50,646 bases of DNA, from positions 1 to 50,646 of the IMG/VR virus record IMGVR_UViG_3300045450_000119, one strand, 5' to 3'. This document shows, piece after piece, positions 49,957 to 50,646 of this stretch (position 1 is the stretch's first letter; each line of letters begins with the position of its first letter). This DNA comes from a virus. A program made the position numbers and the translations under genes. The notes below the pieces were generated by a model, which saw only the letters and a program-made list of their open reading frames with translations, made no database searches and had not been told where the DNA came from.

Positions 49957-50217
49957 ATGCACGCCGTCACCCCCGCCCCCTCCTCCACGCTGTCCTTCGT
50001 CGAGGCCATCCTCGTCGGCCGCACGTACTCGCACCGTGGGCGCCACGTCGAGGGCCTGCCCTCCGCCGCCACGTACCGGGCCGAGGAGAAGGCGATCCGC
50101 CGGGCCGTGCGCCGCAACGGGCGCTTCGTCCCCCGTCACGAGGTCGAGCTGATCCTCGACTACGTCGAAGACGCCTTCGCGATGGGCGCCCGCATCCGCC
50201 TCCGCCTCGCCGCCTGA
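49957..50217 (+). CDS. Hypothetical early protein (86 aa)
   Basis: ATG follows GGAGCCCACC. It is the in-frame part of track ORF 49744-50217. Confidence 0.65.
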   Translation: MHAVTPAPSSTLSFVEAILVGRTYSHRGRHVEGLPSAATYRAEEKAIRRAVRRNGRFVPRHEVELILDYVEDAFAMGARIRLRLAA

Positions 50218-50225
50218 TCCACCCC

Positions 50226-50252
50226 CGGCCGGGGGTGCCCCGCCCCCGGCCG
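50226..50252 (+). terminator. Intergenic hairpin CGGCCGGGGG-N7-CCCCCGGCCG (cassette copy A)
   Basis: 10-bp perfect stem, part of the 64-nt repeat 50214-50277. Confidence 0.5.
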
Positions 50253-50292
50253 CTCGACTCCACCAACCCATCTGATCTGAGGAGATCTCGCC

Positions 50293-50574
50293 ATGCACGA
50301 CTACTCGACCGACTACGCCGCCGCCGAATACCGCCCCGTGTCGCAGGGCATCGCTGACTACTGCTCCGCCGAAGGTCACGTGACCGGCGCCGTCGAGACG
50401 TTCGACCCGGACCTCTGCGCCCGCTGCGGTGCCGTGGTCCGCCCCGCCCCGATGACCGGCATCCTCCGCCAGATGGCGGCCGGTCACGCGGCCCGCACGG
50501 GTCACGTGCTCGACGCCGAGTTGATCGACAGCCCGACGCCTGGCGTGCGGACCATCCGCCGCCGCTGCTGCTGA
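50293..50574 (+). CDS. Hypothetical early protein (93 aa) with CxxC and C-terminal RRRCC
   Basis: ORF track, with ATG after GAGGAGA. Confidence 0.7.
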   Translation: MHDYSTDYAAAEYRPVSQGIADYCSAEGHVTGAVETFDPDLCARCGAVVRPAPMTGILRQMAAGHAARTGHVLDAELIDSPTPGVRTIRRRCC

Positions 50575-50646
50575 TCCACCCCCGGCCGGGGGCACCGACG
50601 CCCCCGGCCGCTCGACTCCACCAACCCATCTGATCCATAGGAGGAT
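50520..50646. repeat. Terminal overlap partner of 1-127
   Basis: Identical to 1-127. Confidence 0.95.
50583..50610 (+). terminator. Intergenic hairpin CGGCCGGGGG-N8-CCCCCGGCCG (cassette copy B; same bases as 64-91)
   Basis: 10-bp perfect stem, part of the repeat 50571-50635. Confidence 0.5.

Noticed and set aside
1-50646. Prophage, integrative element, tRNA genes, CRISPR arrays, transposases.
   Set aside because: I found no integrase, recombinase or transposase-like translation, no tRNA-like cloverleaf signatures (no GTTCRANNC T-loops in non-coding DNA) and no host genes. The identical ends are contiguous sequence, not att sites flanking host DNA.

Overview
The window is one complete phage genome. 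Its first 127 nt are identical to its last 127 nt, so the unique length is 50,519 bp. It is very GC-rich and actinobacteria-like in codon usage, and the structural genes are in podovirus (T7-like) order. I saw no tRNA, rRNA, CRISPR array, integrase, transposase or host flank.

Layout: a low-GC divergent control region (49581-49956) fires two arms.
- Rightward arm (49957, across the junction, to 36656): small early genes separated by a repeated hairpin cassette, then an ori-like non-coding region with two perfect DnaA-box repeats.
- Next comes a replication and recombination module: a two-thirds-length beta-clamp homologue, SNF2 helicase, Cas4-like nuclease, an SSB-like protein ending in ...EIPF, AEP primase-polymerase/SF3 helicase and an HNH nuclease. 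No DNA polymerase is present.
- The arm continues with one orphan reverse-strand gene, then resolvase, TerL, portal, scaffold, capsid, adaptor, nozzle and internal/ejection proteins, including a poly-Gly protein and an 1862-aa giant.
- It ends in a self-contained two-gene cassette.
- Leftward arm (49580 to 36724): small regulators, a C1q-like fibre protein, two very large tailspikes carrying three SGNH-esterase modules and a beta-helix, and an M23-peptidase lysis cassette.

Many long ORFs in the track are antisense or out-of-frame artefacts of high GC. I chose genes by third-position GC, non-repetitive protein sequence, Shine-Dalgarno sites and ATGA/GTGA start-stop coupling. Five small genes below the track cut-off were added by hand. 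Functional calls rest on motifs I can read in the translations, and no database search was possible.
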